A DNA stretch of 64,000 bases from Tetramitus jugosus (GCA_937625935.1 OW569362.1:372001-436000); one strand, 5' to 3'. Positions 9,880 through 21,533 are shown, counted from the stretch's first letter. A program made the numbers and translations. Notes: generated by a model not told the origin, from the letters alone.

Positions 9880-10335
9880 GATCTTGAGTAACAGTAATGA
9901 TTAAGGCTGCCAAAAGACGCAAAGGTGGAACTCTACTTGTACTGTAATGGAAGCTTGACCAAAAGAAATGCAGCCATGACTTCACATGATATTTTGGCTG
10001 GTTTGATTGGGAAGGAGGAAGAGACAAGGGAGGATATTCTCAATGCTCTCATAAAGACAGGATGCAAAAAGAAGGTCGCAGAAAAAAGGGCTGCGAGTGT
10101 CATTCACAGCACCAAGAAAGAGTGTGTTAAAGAGCTGCACAAGTTGGTGCAGAGCATATTTTCCCTCCATCGCTCCTTGGACGTGAACAACTTGTGCAGC
10201 TCTTTAAAGGAATTTTTTCTGGGCGACGAAGAGTGAATAGAGAAGGAGAAAGCAAAGGAGAAATCTCAACAATTCATAGATTATACAAAGAGGAGATGCG
10301 GAGGTGATGCGCTGCCTCTTCACAAGTTCAAAGGA
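9880..10335 (+). mobile_element. Older degenerate retrotransposon 3' fragments (copy 4, probably also copy 5)
   Basis: ILAGLIGKEEETREDILNALIKTGCKKKVAEKRAASVIHSTKKECVKELHKL aligns with the C-terminus of copies 1 and 2; LKEFFLG...KAKEKSQQFIDYTKRRC near 10200-10300 resembles copy 2 LSKEFLLG...FVNKVKRRC; boundaries approximate. Confidence 0.6.
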
Positions 10336-10438
10336 GATTTCTGGTTGCTAACTCGAATCAACATGGCAACCAGATCGGGTCGAACAATTCGTAACAAACA
10401 AAAATTCAGAAGGGCTTTTTGTGCAGGTTGATGAACAA

Positions 10439-11551
10439 ATGATGGAACATGTCCTGAACGATCATGAAGTTACACCTGCCGATGACGAACAAGAAGAAGA
10501 ATTTGATAATGATGATGCTCCTTCAGAGATTGCCATCGAGGCATCAGAAAACAAGATTGACAATTTGTTTGTTCTGGGTCATGGTCAACTGATCCCAAGA
10601 GAAATCTTTCATTTGATCATGTCATTCATTCCTGCTTTTCCCATGTATTTCATGTTGAGATCTGTGTGCTCTCATTGGCTCTCTGAATTTGAAGAACATA
10701 TTTATGCCAATGTGCGACACTTGAACTTGGTGGATGACGGAAAGCCAATTTACTATTTGGGATTGGACAAGTATCGTCAGGACACAGTGATCCTATTGAA
10801 GCCCATTGGTTTCATTGGAACGAAAGATAGTCGGAAGAACAACTCTTATAGCGGTTATAACAAAACCAAATTGTTTGAATTCTTGGCCAAATCATTTCCC
10901 AATGTGACGCATCTTCGATTGGGTTTGGGTTGCTTTGATGCCACCCATTTCAGTCAATGCGTGAAGACAATGTTACCCATGTTGACACAACTTGAAACAT
11001 TGGATATTCTGGGTACTGTAGGTCGTCCAATCGGTTCATATCGTGATTTGGGACAATATCAATTTGAGTTGCTTGCTCATTATTTGCCAACTTCAACCAA
11101 GAACCTTAATTTAATAGGTATCACCTTGTCCAGTAAGCATGCGTTAGCGCAGTTGATGTTGTTTTCAAACAAGGGACGAGGATCATCCTCAAAAGCGAGA
11201 AAGAGACCCCCACGAAATTCGCTGGGGCCATCTGTGGATATTCAGAGCGTTTCTTTGCCTTACATGTTTTTGCCTCAGGATCAGCCGACTATCAATGATT
11301 GGGAATCTTGCAAGCATTTGTTCTCTCACTTTGAAGTGTCAGTCGTTGTTGAATCATGCAACAATGATTCCGCATCAACTCTGCCAGCAATTGTTTCCTA
11401 CGTCGATTACTTGAATTACATGTCAAAGAAGGAGGGAGTTGTGTTGTCTCTCATGAAGTACTTGAGCAGAAGCACTCATGAAGTGAGGGAGACTGTGCTG
11501 GAGATTACTGCGCGAGAGAATAGCAGTTCGGATCCCATCTTTAAATTTTAA
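10439..11551 (+). CDS. F-box / LRR-like protein
   Basis: LIPREIFHLIMSFI...LRSVCSHW F-box, then LxxLxL-type repeats; start and 3' end uncertain. Confidence 0.7.
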   Translation: MMEHVLNDHEVTPADDEQEEEFDNDDAPSEIAIEASENKIDNLFVLGHGQLIPREIFHLIMSFIPAFPMYFMLRSVCSHWLSEFEEHIYANVRHLNLVDDGKPIYYLGLDKYRQDTVILLKPIGFIGTKDSRKNNSYSGYNKTKLFEFLAKSFPNVTHLRLGLGCFDATHFSQCVKTMLPMLTQLETLDILGTVGRPIGSYRDLGQYQFELLAHYLPTSTKNLNLIGITLSSKHALAQLMLFSNKGRGSSSKARKRPPRNSLGPSVDIQSVSLPYMFLPQDQPTINDWESCKHLFSHFEVSVVVESCNNDSASTLPAIVSYVDYLNYMSKKEGVVLSLMKYLSRSTHEVRETVLEITARENSSSDPIFKF

Positions 11552-11674
11552 GATGGCCCACTTGCCAGAATCCGACTTACATGGTCAGGCAGCTGATTGG
11601 TCAGATAGAGAGTTGTGGGTTGGGAGCTGGGCACTTTGGAAAAGAACATGAGAGTTCCTTTTTATTAGTTACAG

Positions 11675-13390
11675 TTACAATGTGGTACCAACTAATTTCT
11701 GATACAAATCTTTGGCAAATGAATCTGTCATCCCTGAAATGTAGTCCGCGATAGTCATCACAATGTGATAAATAATGTACAAATTTTCTGCTTGCTGAGG
11801 GGGCAACTTTTGTTGAAGGAGACAAAACTGGATCGGATCCGATAAGTTTTCTCGTCCATGCAATGGACTCTTGCCCATATAGACTCGAACTACATCTTCA
11901 TAGATATTGAACTCACTTTCGACAGGTTCTTCACATATACTTGGTTCAAAACCCTCCAATAGTTTAGATATATCATGCTGAACTTGTTTTGGTAACAGCA
12001 GAAAATTGATTGAGGATTCTTTGTCAATGCGAGAGAGCATTGATGCAGAAACAAAGGTATCCATGAGATACTTGATGATAGTGAATCCAGCACTTTCAAT
12101 CTCAATAACAGAGCGATGTCTATACACATTCTCGATTGAAAATTGCTTAATTTGTTTCAATTCCTTTCCTGTTACTAATGAATCATGGCACTCCCCTGAG
12201 CAATATTTATCAAACTGGGAACAATACTTTTCGACAGATTTCTTCACTAAATGCTCAATGGCGTCCACTCTCAATTTTTTCACTTGTTCCTCGATTGGAA
12301 GCTTTGCATAGCTGGATGGATCTGTGTTCGGACACAATGTTTGTAATTGCTCCCTCGCTTGTTCATAGGTGATCACCTTCATTCTGCATCCATCCTCAAT
12401 GTCGATGACACAATAACAAATATCATCGGCTGCTTCAACGAGATATGTCAATGGATGTCGCATCCAAGAAAATTCAAATACATTCTTAGTGTCTTCGTTG
12501 AACGTTAGGTTGCATTCTTCTGCGATTTGTTTGTATTTGAACAAATCTGCCAAGTAAATTCCATTCTTTTTGTACCTGTCACTCACCACAGCTGCCACAC
12601 GAGGATACTTGACATATGTTGTCATAGTGGCAAAGGTGAGCTTTGGGATCTTTTTCTGAATCAGTCTAAATCCAGTGGCATTTCCTTCAAAATTTTCAAA
12701 GTCCTTAAAAATAACATTGTTCTTGAGTTGCTTCCAATGTTCAGAAACTGCCCATTGAGCAGGTGGTGACCAATTACGCCACCATTTTCTCATGGCTTCT
12801 TCACCAGAGTGACCGAATGGAGGATTACCAATATCGTGCAACAAGCAAGCTGTTGCGATAATATCCTCGACATCTCTCATAACCAAGAAATTACAGTATC
12901 GCATATGTGCTTCCTCACTCTGAAACACCATTTTCCTGACGTCACTGTTCTCAAATATAGCTCTAGCCAATGTCTTACCTACTGCATGCACTTCCAAGCT
13001 ATGATTCATTCTGTTGTGAACAGAGTCATGACTTGCCAGGGGAAATACTTGAGTCTTGTCCTTGAGACGTGAGAATGCAGAGGAAAACAGCACTTTATCG
13101 TAATCTCTCTGGAAAGGACGTCGATAATGATCAGTAATGGTGCTTGGAGCCGTTTGATTGTCCATTTCTGTTCTCTGAATACTCATAAAATGCTTCCACT
13201 GTTCACTCGTCTTTGTGTTCTCATTCATTGTAAAGTGATAGTCATTCTTGTCTTCTGTTGATAATTCACTGCAGATACGACCGTTCAACAACGGAGAATG
13301 ATCTTCAGCATGGTAGATCGTGTTGAGTGATAATTCTTCGCGAAGAGAAATGTGATCTTCTTCTTCGGATTTGCTTCTTGGTGTTGCCAT
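11675..13390 (-). CDS. dgt: Bacterial-type dGTP triphosphohydrolase (HD superfamily)
   Basis: RRPFQRDYDKVLFSSAFSRLKDKTQVFPL, HNRMNHSLEV, ACLLHDIGNPPFGHSGE, FEGNA, RHPLTYLVEAADDICY, DYISGMTD; intronless; likely ATG at 13390. Confidence 0.93.
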   Translation of the reverse strand: MATPRSKSEEEDHISLREELSLNTIYHAEDHSPLLNGRICSELSTEDKNDYHFTMNENTKTSEQWKHFMSIQRTEMDNQTAPSTITDHYRRPFQRDYDKVLFSSAFSRLKDKTQVFPLASHDSVHNRMNHSLEVHAVGKTLARAIFENSDVRKMVFQSEEAHMRYCNFLVMRDVEDIIATACLLHDIGNPPFGHSGEEAMRKWWRNWSPPAQWAVSEHWKQLKNNVIFKDFENFEGNATGFRLIQKKIPKLTFATMTTYVKYPRVAAVVSDRYKKNGIYLADLFKYKQIAEECNLTFNEDTKNVFEFSWMRHPLTYLVEAADDICYCVIDIEDGCRMKVITYEQAREQLQTLCPNTDPSSYAKLPIEEQVKKLRVDAIEHLVKKSVEKYCSQFDKYCSGECHDSLVTGKELKQIKQFSIENVYRHRSVIEIESAGFTIIKYLMDTFVSASMLSRIDKESSINFLLLPKQVQHDISKLLEGFEPSICEEPVESEFNIYEDVVRVYMGKSPLHGRENLSDPIQFCLLQQKLPPQQAENLYIIYHIVMTIADYISGMTDSFAKDLYQKLVGTTL

Positions 13391-13629
13391 TTTTTTCAAA
13401 GGTGTTGGATATTTTGTTTTTGCTTGTTGTTGTTGTTTGGGTATTTGACCTACGTATCCAAACAACCACTCACCTTCCTTTGATTGAGACGACAACAAGA
13501 CCCATTTCTTCAGGTGGGCCAAGACAAGAAAATCGCAAAAAGGATCCGATGAACTCAACAGGAACATGTTCCTTTCGAGAGCAGAGAAACACACAGAAGA
13601 AAACAATTGAACACGGATAAGAACCAACG

Positions 13630-16115
13630 ATGGGTAATAACGACAGTAAATCACTTCAAAAACAAAAGAAGAATCCTCTGTTAAATGAGGATTTGTTCAT
13701 CACCAATCCAGAGTCTCTTGCTCAATTCAATCACTCAGATCAAGCATCAGCTCAGCAGAGAATCAAGAATCATCTCTTGAGCTTGTTGTTGTCCACAGAT
13801 GACTCAGTTGTCTCTTCACTGCGACTGGACAGAGCGCTGTTGAATGATCTATCAGATTTGTTGTCGCTCATTTCTACGGGAGAAGAAAATGGCGCGAACG
13901 GGAAACTCCACAGAGGGTCCAACATTACAGATTTGGCTCTGAACTCAAACTTTTTGACTCAGTTACCATTCTCTATTGTTCAGAAGACCAATAACAGTGA
14001 TGAAGATAGCTATCCAAAGCTACAATTGTTCAATATTCCTGTTGAGAAACTGTCTATGGTTCCTCAGAATATCACATCGCTCAATTTGAGTCATAACAAG
14101 CTCAATTCTATTGATGGTGCTGTGATTTCTCAATTCTCCAATTTAACGGAGCTGAATCTATATTGGAATCAGTTGATGGTGATCCCTGAAGAGGTCTTCA
14201 GTTTGAACAAGTTGCAAGTGTTGAACATTGGGCGCAACAAACTTCCAACTCTATCCTCTAGTGTGAGTAAGCTCAGTGAGCTTGTGGAACTGAATGTGAG
14301 CTTCAACATGATTTCTGAGTATCCTGATTTGAGCAATCTATCGAAGCTTCAGGTATTTACCGCGTATCGATATCCAGGATCCACACAATCAAACATTATG
14401 CTTCCTCAAATGAATGGTTTGCACTCCTTGAAAAAGTTGGTGTGGAAGTGCCATAGTACCAATGACATATCCACCTGGTCAGACAGTGATGATAGTTCAA
14501 AGAATCCACTGGAAGAATTAGATCTATCATACAATGCACTTACCACTGTCCCAGAAGATTGTTTCTCGAAGCTGTCAAATGTTGTTGTATTGCATTTGTG
14601 TCATTGTTCTCTTGCTGAACTACCTGAATCATTCTCCAATTTACTCTCTCTCAGAAATTTGTACTTGAGAGGCAATAACTTTACCGATGTACCATCTGTA
14701 GTTACCAGTCTGACTGAGTTGAAAGAGTTAGACTTATCCCTGAATAAGATCACAAAGCTTGGGGCGGGTGTTGGTCAACTTGTTCATGTTGAAAAGCTGG
14801 GCTTGGAAATCAATAAGATTGAGTCCTTGTCGCCTGAGTTGCTGCAGTTGAAGAAACTTCAATTATTGAGAATCAATAAGAGTCGTTTAGATACCGATTC
14901 ATTGACTGTTCTCGAAGGTGTACTGCAGACTATCAGTGACAACGTTTTAGCTATTCATACAACCGCCATGAGTAATGATCGTGCGATAACTGTTTTGGAT
15001 CGTGTTAAAGGCTGTCTATTTGGTCAACTCATTGGTGATGCTATGGGACTGGGCACAGAGTTTATGGAGAAGCCAGAAGCTTTGGTTCATTATGGAATCG
15101 AGTCATTGAGACCTGAGAACTTTTTTGCAAATGCACATCTTGCTCGATGGGTGACAGGAGATTACACTGATGATAGTGATCAAATGCTTCTCATTATGGA
15201 TAGTATTATGAACAAACAAGGTCCAGATTATAAGGACTTTGCAAATCGTTTATTCTATTGGATCTACAGAGGATATGATGTGTTGGGTATGTGTTCCTGT
15301 GTGAATTGTAATTCTTTCTGATTCTTAGCTGTCTAAACCTCTTTATTTATCAATCAATAGGTGACAATGGAGGTTTGGGTCTTGGTAAAACAGTGAAAAC
15401 TGTTGTTACTCATTCTTACTTCCTGAAGCAAGATCCTCACTTGGCATCCAAGGACGTATGGGAAAGATCACAGAAACAACTCGCTGCCAATGGTGCTATC
15501 ATGAGAACTTGTATTTTAGGCATATTACACTACAATGATCTTGAACAAGTTGTTGAACAGACCGTTCAATATGCCAAAGTGACCCACTACGACCCAAGAT
15601 GTATCGTCAGTTGTCTCGCTGTAACACTATTTATTGCTCTTCTGCTCCAAGACAATCCACAAGATCTCAACATGGACACAATCGAACAATATATTCAGCG
15701 TTCCTACGATTTAGTTGTGGCAATGTACTTGCGCAATGAAAAGTATACAGCAGAATACGAAGACCAAGAACTAATTGCAAAAACAGAGACGGAATTCAAC
15801 TCAACTCTGTTCTCATTCAAGAACTTTGAAGAGTTGGATCTGGACGAGCCAAATTCAATTGGTTACACATTCAAATCCATGGGATCTGCGTTCGTGAGCT
15901 TGAGACAGAGAGGCACAATCGAATCCATACTGACCGATCTGGTCATCGAAGCTGGAGATGCTGATTCAAATGCATGTGTCGCAGGTGCTCTTTTGGGATG
16001 CGTATACGGCTTCGACAAGCTGCCCACGCACTGGATCGATTCTATGCCTCACAAAGAATGGGTTACTAACAAGATTGCTTCATTTATTGGCACCTTTGTT
16101 CCTTCGGCGAATTAG
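13630..16115 (+). CDS. N-myristoylated LRR + ADP-ribosylglycohydrolase (ARH/DraG) fusion; exons 13630-15286 and 15361-16115
   Basis: MGNNDS start; about 12 LxxLxLxxN repeats; GCLFGQLIGDAMG, YTDDSDQ, ANGAIMR, THYDPRC, GDADSN; GTATGT..TAG intron 15287-15360 joins the two ORFs in frame (GYDVLG|DNGGLGLG). Confidence 0.9.
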
Positions 16116-16180
16116 TGATATCAATTCAAGAAATAAAGGTAGATGGTAGTACAGTTTATTTCTCAAAGGGTAATCTGAGC

Positions 16181-16873
16181 TTAGATACCGTTCAGGAACT
16201 CTACAGTTCTCTTCTCGGCAAGGTCTGATGCTGCTTGATCGTAGTTCGGACCTCCAACATGATCAAATGCATGATCAGTGTCATATCTGTACAGTACAAT
16301 GTCAACACCTGCTTCCTTGGCAGACTTCTCCAGATTGTCAACATCTTCTGGAGCAGAAAATCCCTTTGCTTGATCCAAATTACCAAAGTGACCCAACGCA
16401 GGAATCTTCAACTTCGACACATCAAAGAACGCTGCTCCAGGAATACCATAATAAGCACAAGTAGCGTCCAATGTGTTCTGTCCAGCCGTAGCACTCAACA
16501 ATGCCAGAGCACCACCCATACAGAAACCAACAACAGCCACTTTTTGACACTTTCTCTCATGTTTCAAATAGCTTGCCGCACCTTGAATATCCTGCACTGC
16601 TCCACCAAAGTCCAATCCACTCATCAAATGATGAGCTTCTTCACGATCGATCGTAACTTTACCTCTATAGAGATCAGGAACAAGAGTGATCCAACCATAC
16701 TTGTTAAACAGATCCAGAGCTCTTTCCTTGATGTTGTCATTCGCACCCCACCATTCTTGCAAGACAATGACACCTAGAGAAGGAGAATCCTCTTGTTGTG
16801 GTTCAATCTTTGGGATGTATCCTGGACAGTCAGAGAACTTTGGATTGGTTGTTGAAAAGTGAACGAGCTCCAT
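16181..16873 (-). CDS. Dienelactone hydrolase / carboxymethylenebutenolidase family
   Basis: LQEWWG, PDLYRG, GFCMGG nucleophile elbow, D and H of the catalytic triad (LDQ, HAF). Confidence 0.92.
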   Translation of the reverse strand: MELVHFSTTNPKFSDCPGYIPKIEPQQEDSPSLGVIVLQEWWGANDNIKERALDLFNKYGWITLVPDLYRGKVTIDREEAHHLMSGLDFGGAVQDIQGAASYLKHERKCQKVAVVGFCMGGALALLSATAGQNTLDATCAYYGIPGAAFFDVSKLKIPALGHFGNLDQAKGFSAPEDVDNLEKSAKEAGVDIVLYRYDTDHAFDHVGGPNYDQAASDLAEKRTVEFLNGI

Positions 16874-17182
16874 GGTGAATGAGTACAATGTGAATAGTGT
16901 GAATGTTTTGTCGTTTCAATGTTGAAGGAGGATTATGTTGGAAACACATGCGCACATAATAATTGGGCGCGGAGATTGCATGGGAATTACCCGTTGGAGT
17001 ACCACCACAAACAGGCATGTAATAACCGCAGACAATTGCGAAGGGCAGAACCTGACGATCTCATAGAACTTGGAGAAGTTGATTGAAGAAATCTTGCTAT
17101 CAGGTTATTCCTGGCACTGTTCAACATGTTCCATGAAGTCAGAACAAAAAAGCAACTACAACCAAAGTTGTGACAACATTCA

Positions 17183-18021
17183 ATGACAACACTCGACTTG
17201 TCAGATAATCATGAGTTCCATATTCTTCCAATCGAAGTGGTTCTTCTGATTCTATCCTATCGTCTCCATGAGCCCAATCCCGATTCTTACACCCCACTTT
17301 GCACCAAGGTACAATACATCAGGGCAATGTTCGGAAAACGAGATGGCGATCCTGGATTGTATAGTCTCTACCAATCGATTGATGGAACTTTTGTGCCATC
17401 TCAGTTGCTCGACCTTGTGTTGAATCCGAAGATCCACTCATTCGTCTATTTTGCAAGGGGTCCTAACCAAATCATGCGATTGTCTCAGATGAATCATTTG
17501 GGAGGAAAGACGCCACAAGAAGAATTGAAGCGTCTGTTCGCAAACCATGTCTGCAAATTGGCTACATGGCGCTTTTTAGAGGAACAATCATTCTGAATCA
17601 AGTGTGGGTGCATTTTGGACGATTGTATGACAACAGTAGGACTTTCTGTTCATACTCTTCGTATCGAAATCTTATCAGTGGTCTTTATTCACTTGTCACA
17701 AAGGAAGCCAAAGAGTTGCATGCAAAAGAGATTGTAATTTTGACCGACCCGATCGAGGATAACACTCAACCTTTCGGATACCTGAAACTACTGGATGTTC
17801 TGAAATTGGTGTCTTGCTTTCATTCTGTTGAGTCTATTCGACTCGAATATGTTGACTTTGGGTTGCTGGATGACATTAAATTGAAGTGTCTGGCAGGGAA
17901 CAAGATCAAGCGCGTCGAGCTTCTCAATTGCAAATATTCAGAGAATGAGAAACTGAAGTTGTTGGGAGCCTTACCGAACCTAGAGGTTCTTTTGGATAGA
18001 CAAGAAACTGAATGGAATTAA
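17183..18021 (+). pseudogene. F-box/LRR-like gene split over two frames (frameshift near 17570)
   Basis: ILPIEVVLLILSY F-box start; overlapping second ORF with LRR-like C-terminus; I found no phase-compatible GT-AG intron. Confidence 0.45.
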
Positions 18022-18159
18022 CACAATTGCTTGAAGTCATCGTAGTTGGCGCAGGTGTGATGTTCAATCGGTTCGATGAAACGGCACCGTGATCTGTTGG
18101 GGGAACTCTTGCACATCAGAAAGAATTTTCCACCTTATTTCGAAAAGAAACCGCACGAC

Positions 18160-19845
18160 ATGCACGCCTTTTGGTCGTTCCTTATTACCACTTTTTTCTT
18201 CTGTTTTTGTTTGGGCACTTCCTGTTCAATTAATGGTCAAAACACGGATCACCCACTAAATGTTCTCGTTGTATGTACATCCAGTATGATCTTGCTTTAG
18301 CTAAAGCTGACTGACACCCTCGAATGAAAGATTGTACCAGGAACAGCAGGCCACTCAAGAGTACTTGTTCGATTGATTAGAGAGCTACAGAGTAGGGGAC
18401 ACAAACCAGTTCTCATGTCTGATGGGCTGGTTGAGGTATATTCAGATTGTACCAATATTGAGTCGTATATTGTTCCTCTGGATGTCGTACCGATCAATAA
18501 AACTCAGTGGGACACCATTACGGATGATATGGACAGGATGGGTGTTTTGGAGGGTTGCATGTACATTTTTAGTGAGGGTATCCCTCCTGTCGATATAGAG
18601 ATTGTAAAGTACTTGAACAGGACGGTGGATCTCAAGAAATTTGATGTGGCAGTTGTGGATGTGACCATGGCAGCCAGTACAAGCTTCCTAATGAGCAATA
18701 ATGTCCCAGTGGTAATTAACTATCCAATGGCTTATAGTCACGGGCCAAATTATCCTCCCATGTTGAGCAATCATCCAATTTCGATTCAAGAATATGTGAA
18801 GTATCCCAGAAGAATTATAGCTCATTTCGAAGCATTGTATGAAACAATGTATATTGTGTACACAGTTTTGACCAATCGATATATTAAACATGTTGTGAGC
18901 TTGGAGGCATTGGGGAAATCCCAACAGAAGGCACTTCATGTTGTGACCAATGTTCGTGGCTTCGATTTTCAGTCGGCTGCCGCATCTGTGCCTCATGTTT
19001 ACCACGTTGGACCCATCATTGATGAACAAAAGGCGAAGAATGAGACGATTCTTCATGAAGCCCTACCTGAGCTAACTCCATGGTTGCAGCGATACAATAG
19101 CTCAGAGATTGTGTACGTGGCATTTGGTACGACCGGAACGTTGACTAGCAAGGCTATGCACACATTGATCAGTGGTCTTCTTATGGCACAATCAAATCGC
19201 AACATCTCGGTCATTATGGCACTCAGAGATAAGAACTATGATATGTTGGAATCGCTGAAAATGGATCTACCTGACTCAATATTCATCACAAACAAGTTTG
19301 CTCCTCAGTTGAATATTCTGGCATTACCCTCTGTCAAGTACTTTATTACTCATTGTGGAATGAACAGTGCTCAAGAAGGACTCTACTTTAGAAAGCGTTT
19401 GATAGGAATGCCTTTCTCGTTTGATCAATACAATGTGGCCCAATTACTGGAGAATAGTCAACTCGGTGTTGGACTATACAAAACAAGAGAAGGAAAGGAA
19501 CAGCTAACAGTAGAGAAAATCGTCAATGCTATCGAACTAACAGCAACAAAACCCTATAGAAGAGCAGTCAGCAAGTTGAGAAAGGTGACCAATCATTCAG
19601 GTGGTCTCAAAAGATATGCTGACCTGGTTGAGATGGTAGGAGACATTGGTGATATTGATCACTTGCAAGTAGATCCCCACTACACCTTTATTCAATCGAA
19701 CAAGCTGGATCTGATAGCTGTATACTCTGTTCTGTTGTATCTGATTTATCGAGTCATCCGATGGACCATCTCTTTCTGCTGCAATTGCCTCCTATCTCAA
19801 TATTCTCGCCCAAAGGAGCCAGGCACAAGACTAAAGAGCGAATAA
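18160..19845 (+). CDS. ER-type UDP-glycosyltransferase (GT1, UGT-like); exons 18160-18270 and 18331-19845
   Basis: Signal peptide; intron 18271-18330 (GTATGT..CTGAC..AAG) gives NVLV|IVPGTAGHSR; FAPQLNIL...FITHCGMNSAQEG...PFSFDQ signature; C-terminal TM helix. Confidence 0.9.
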
Positions 19846-19988
19846 TTAGAAATATATCACTAGAAACAACACTGTCAGACATCTCTCATTGCTCGCCAAA
19901 TTGCCCTAAAAAGCTTTTACAACGAAGAACATCAGCAGCTGTGGTCAAAAATAAAAACAACAAGAGATCAACAAAAAACGAAAGAAGA

Positions 19989-20156
19989 ATGTCATTTTTC
20001 CATTTCTTTACTGGACTTGGCTTGGGACTGTACATTTCCCAAAAGTATGATGTAACGAAGGCATACAACGTGCTCGTGAAGGAGAATAAGAGTCTGTCGG
20101 AAATCGGTGAATTGGCGAAGAAGGTCGAACAACAGTCAAGGAGAGCCTCCTCTTAA
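19989..20156 (+). CDS. Small single-TM mitochondrial protein, STMP1/DUF4535-like
   Basis: MSFFHFFTGLGLGLYISQKYDV matches the FxxGxxxGxYxAQNYDI pattern; 55 aa. Confidence 0.65.
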   Translation: MSFFHFFTGLGLGLYISQKYDVTKAYNVLVKENKSLSEIGELAKKVEQQSRRASS

Positions 20157-20272
20157 TGACAATTGAACTCTTCAGTGGAGTGAAACCCAACAGTTGTACA
20201 ATAATAACAATAAATTAATTTTGAGCCATAAAGCTAATAGTGATTGATCAGCTTTTTGCTGCAAAACAAAAA

Positions 20273-21533
20273 ATGGAATCACGCAACATCAACAACAGCA
20301 CGAAACAAGCAACAAATGGCGACAAACATGGAAGTGAAAGTCTTCATTGTGCACAAGATAAAGAAATCAAAGTAATGATTACACTGAATGATTGTTGTGA
20401 TCCATGTTGTAATTTCATTTGTTGCAACTTCAAGATTTGCAATGAGTCGATATGTTCTACATGTGACAATGATGATGATAGTGATGCCAAGAAGAGCACA
20501 AACAGAACTGTCGAAGAACAAGATGAAAAGCTTTCAAAAGAACAAACTTTGAAAATGAAGCGCGAGAAATTGGAGCGCGCATGGAGGCAATCGAAAATGG
20601 CGCGAATAATCGTTTACTGTAGTTATTTGTATGCGATTGTGTTTTTGTGTTTGACCGAAAATGTGATATCGAATGATTTTCGAGCTATGGAGAGCTCGAA
20701 CACGATTTTATCCAAGGTTGCTTATGTGTTGTCAGTTCTGGTTCATCCACGGAGCATACACACGTTTTTGTTCAGTTTGTTGTTTCTTTCTAGTTTAGTC
20801 CTGTTCTGGTACTTGACGTGGAGTGATCCTGGCACACAAGAGAATAGCGAGCTTGTGCTGCGAAGTAAGTTTTGCAGAAGTTGTCAGAAACTTGTTCGGA
20901 CATTTGATCATCATTGTGTGTGGACTGGTATGTGATGTGTTATCTTCTATAGCTATTGACAATCGAGTATATGAAGTATTTAACCAATAGCTATTTGTTG
21001 CAGGTAACTGTGTGGGTGAAGGAAATAGGAAGACCTTTATCCTGTATGTTTCAATCCTGATTGCCTTTTTGGGTGACTGTCTATATGTGTCTGCAGAGTG
21101 TGGATGGCGATTATTTGTCAATGAAGTTCTACAACAGGAACAATGGGGTCATTTATCTATTGGAAGCTACTTTACTCTATTTATGATCGGATTGACTGTT
21201 GTTCTTCTAAGTGGCTTCTCTCTCTTCCCACTATTTCTGTGGTTTCATCAACTCTATCTCATTTCTGTCAATTTGACATCGTATGAATCAATGAGCCCAG
21301 AGAAGTGCCCCTATCTATCGTACAACAAACAAAGAGACATGCTCGGCAACAGTTTTCATCAAGGTATTCTCAACAACTGGAAACATTTCCTATTCAATGC
21401 CTATCAAACTCAAGGGACCAATTGCATGATCAATTGGTCTCTGTATCTAAAAGCAAGCACCTCCCAAAAAATGAATCTGTGTGAGGGTTTGGACGAAGAG
21501 CTAATCAACTACTGCTGCCCTTGCTGTTCATAG
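20273..21533 (+). CDS. DHHC palmitoyltransferase; exons 20273-20927 and 21004-21533
   Basis: SKFCRSC...FDHHCVWTG|NCVGEGN across GTATGT..CAG intron 20928-21003; NLTSYE motif; multiple TM helices. Confidence 0.92.

Noticed and set aside
11552-11674. Possible continuation of the F-box gene by frameshift at TTTAAATTTT
   Set aside because: Downstream frames are open only briefly and show no recognisable motif; cannot be supported without orthologs.
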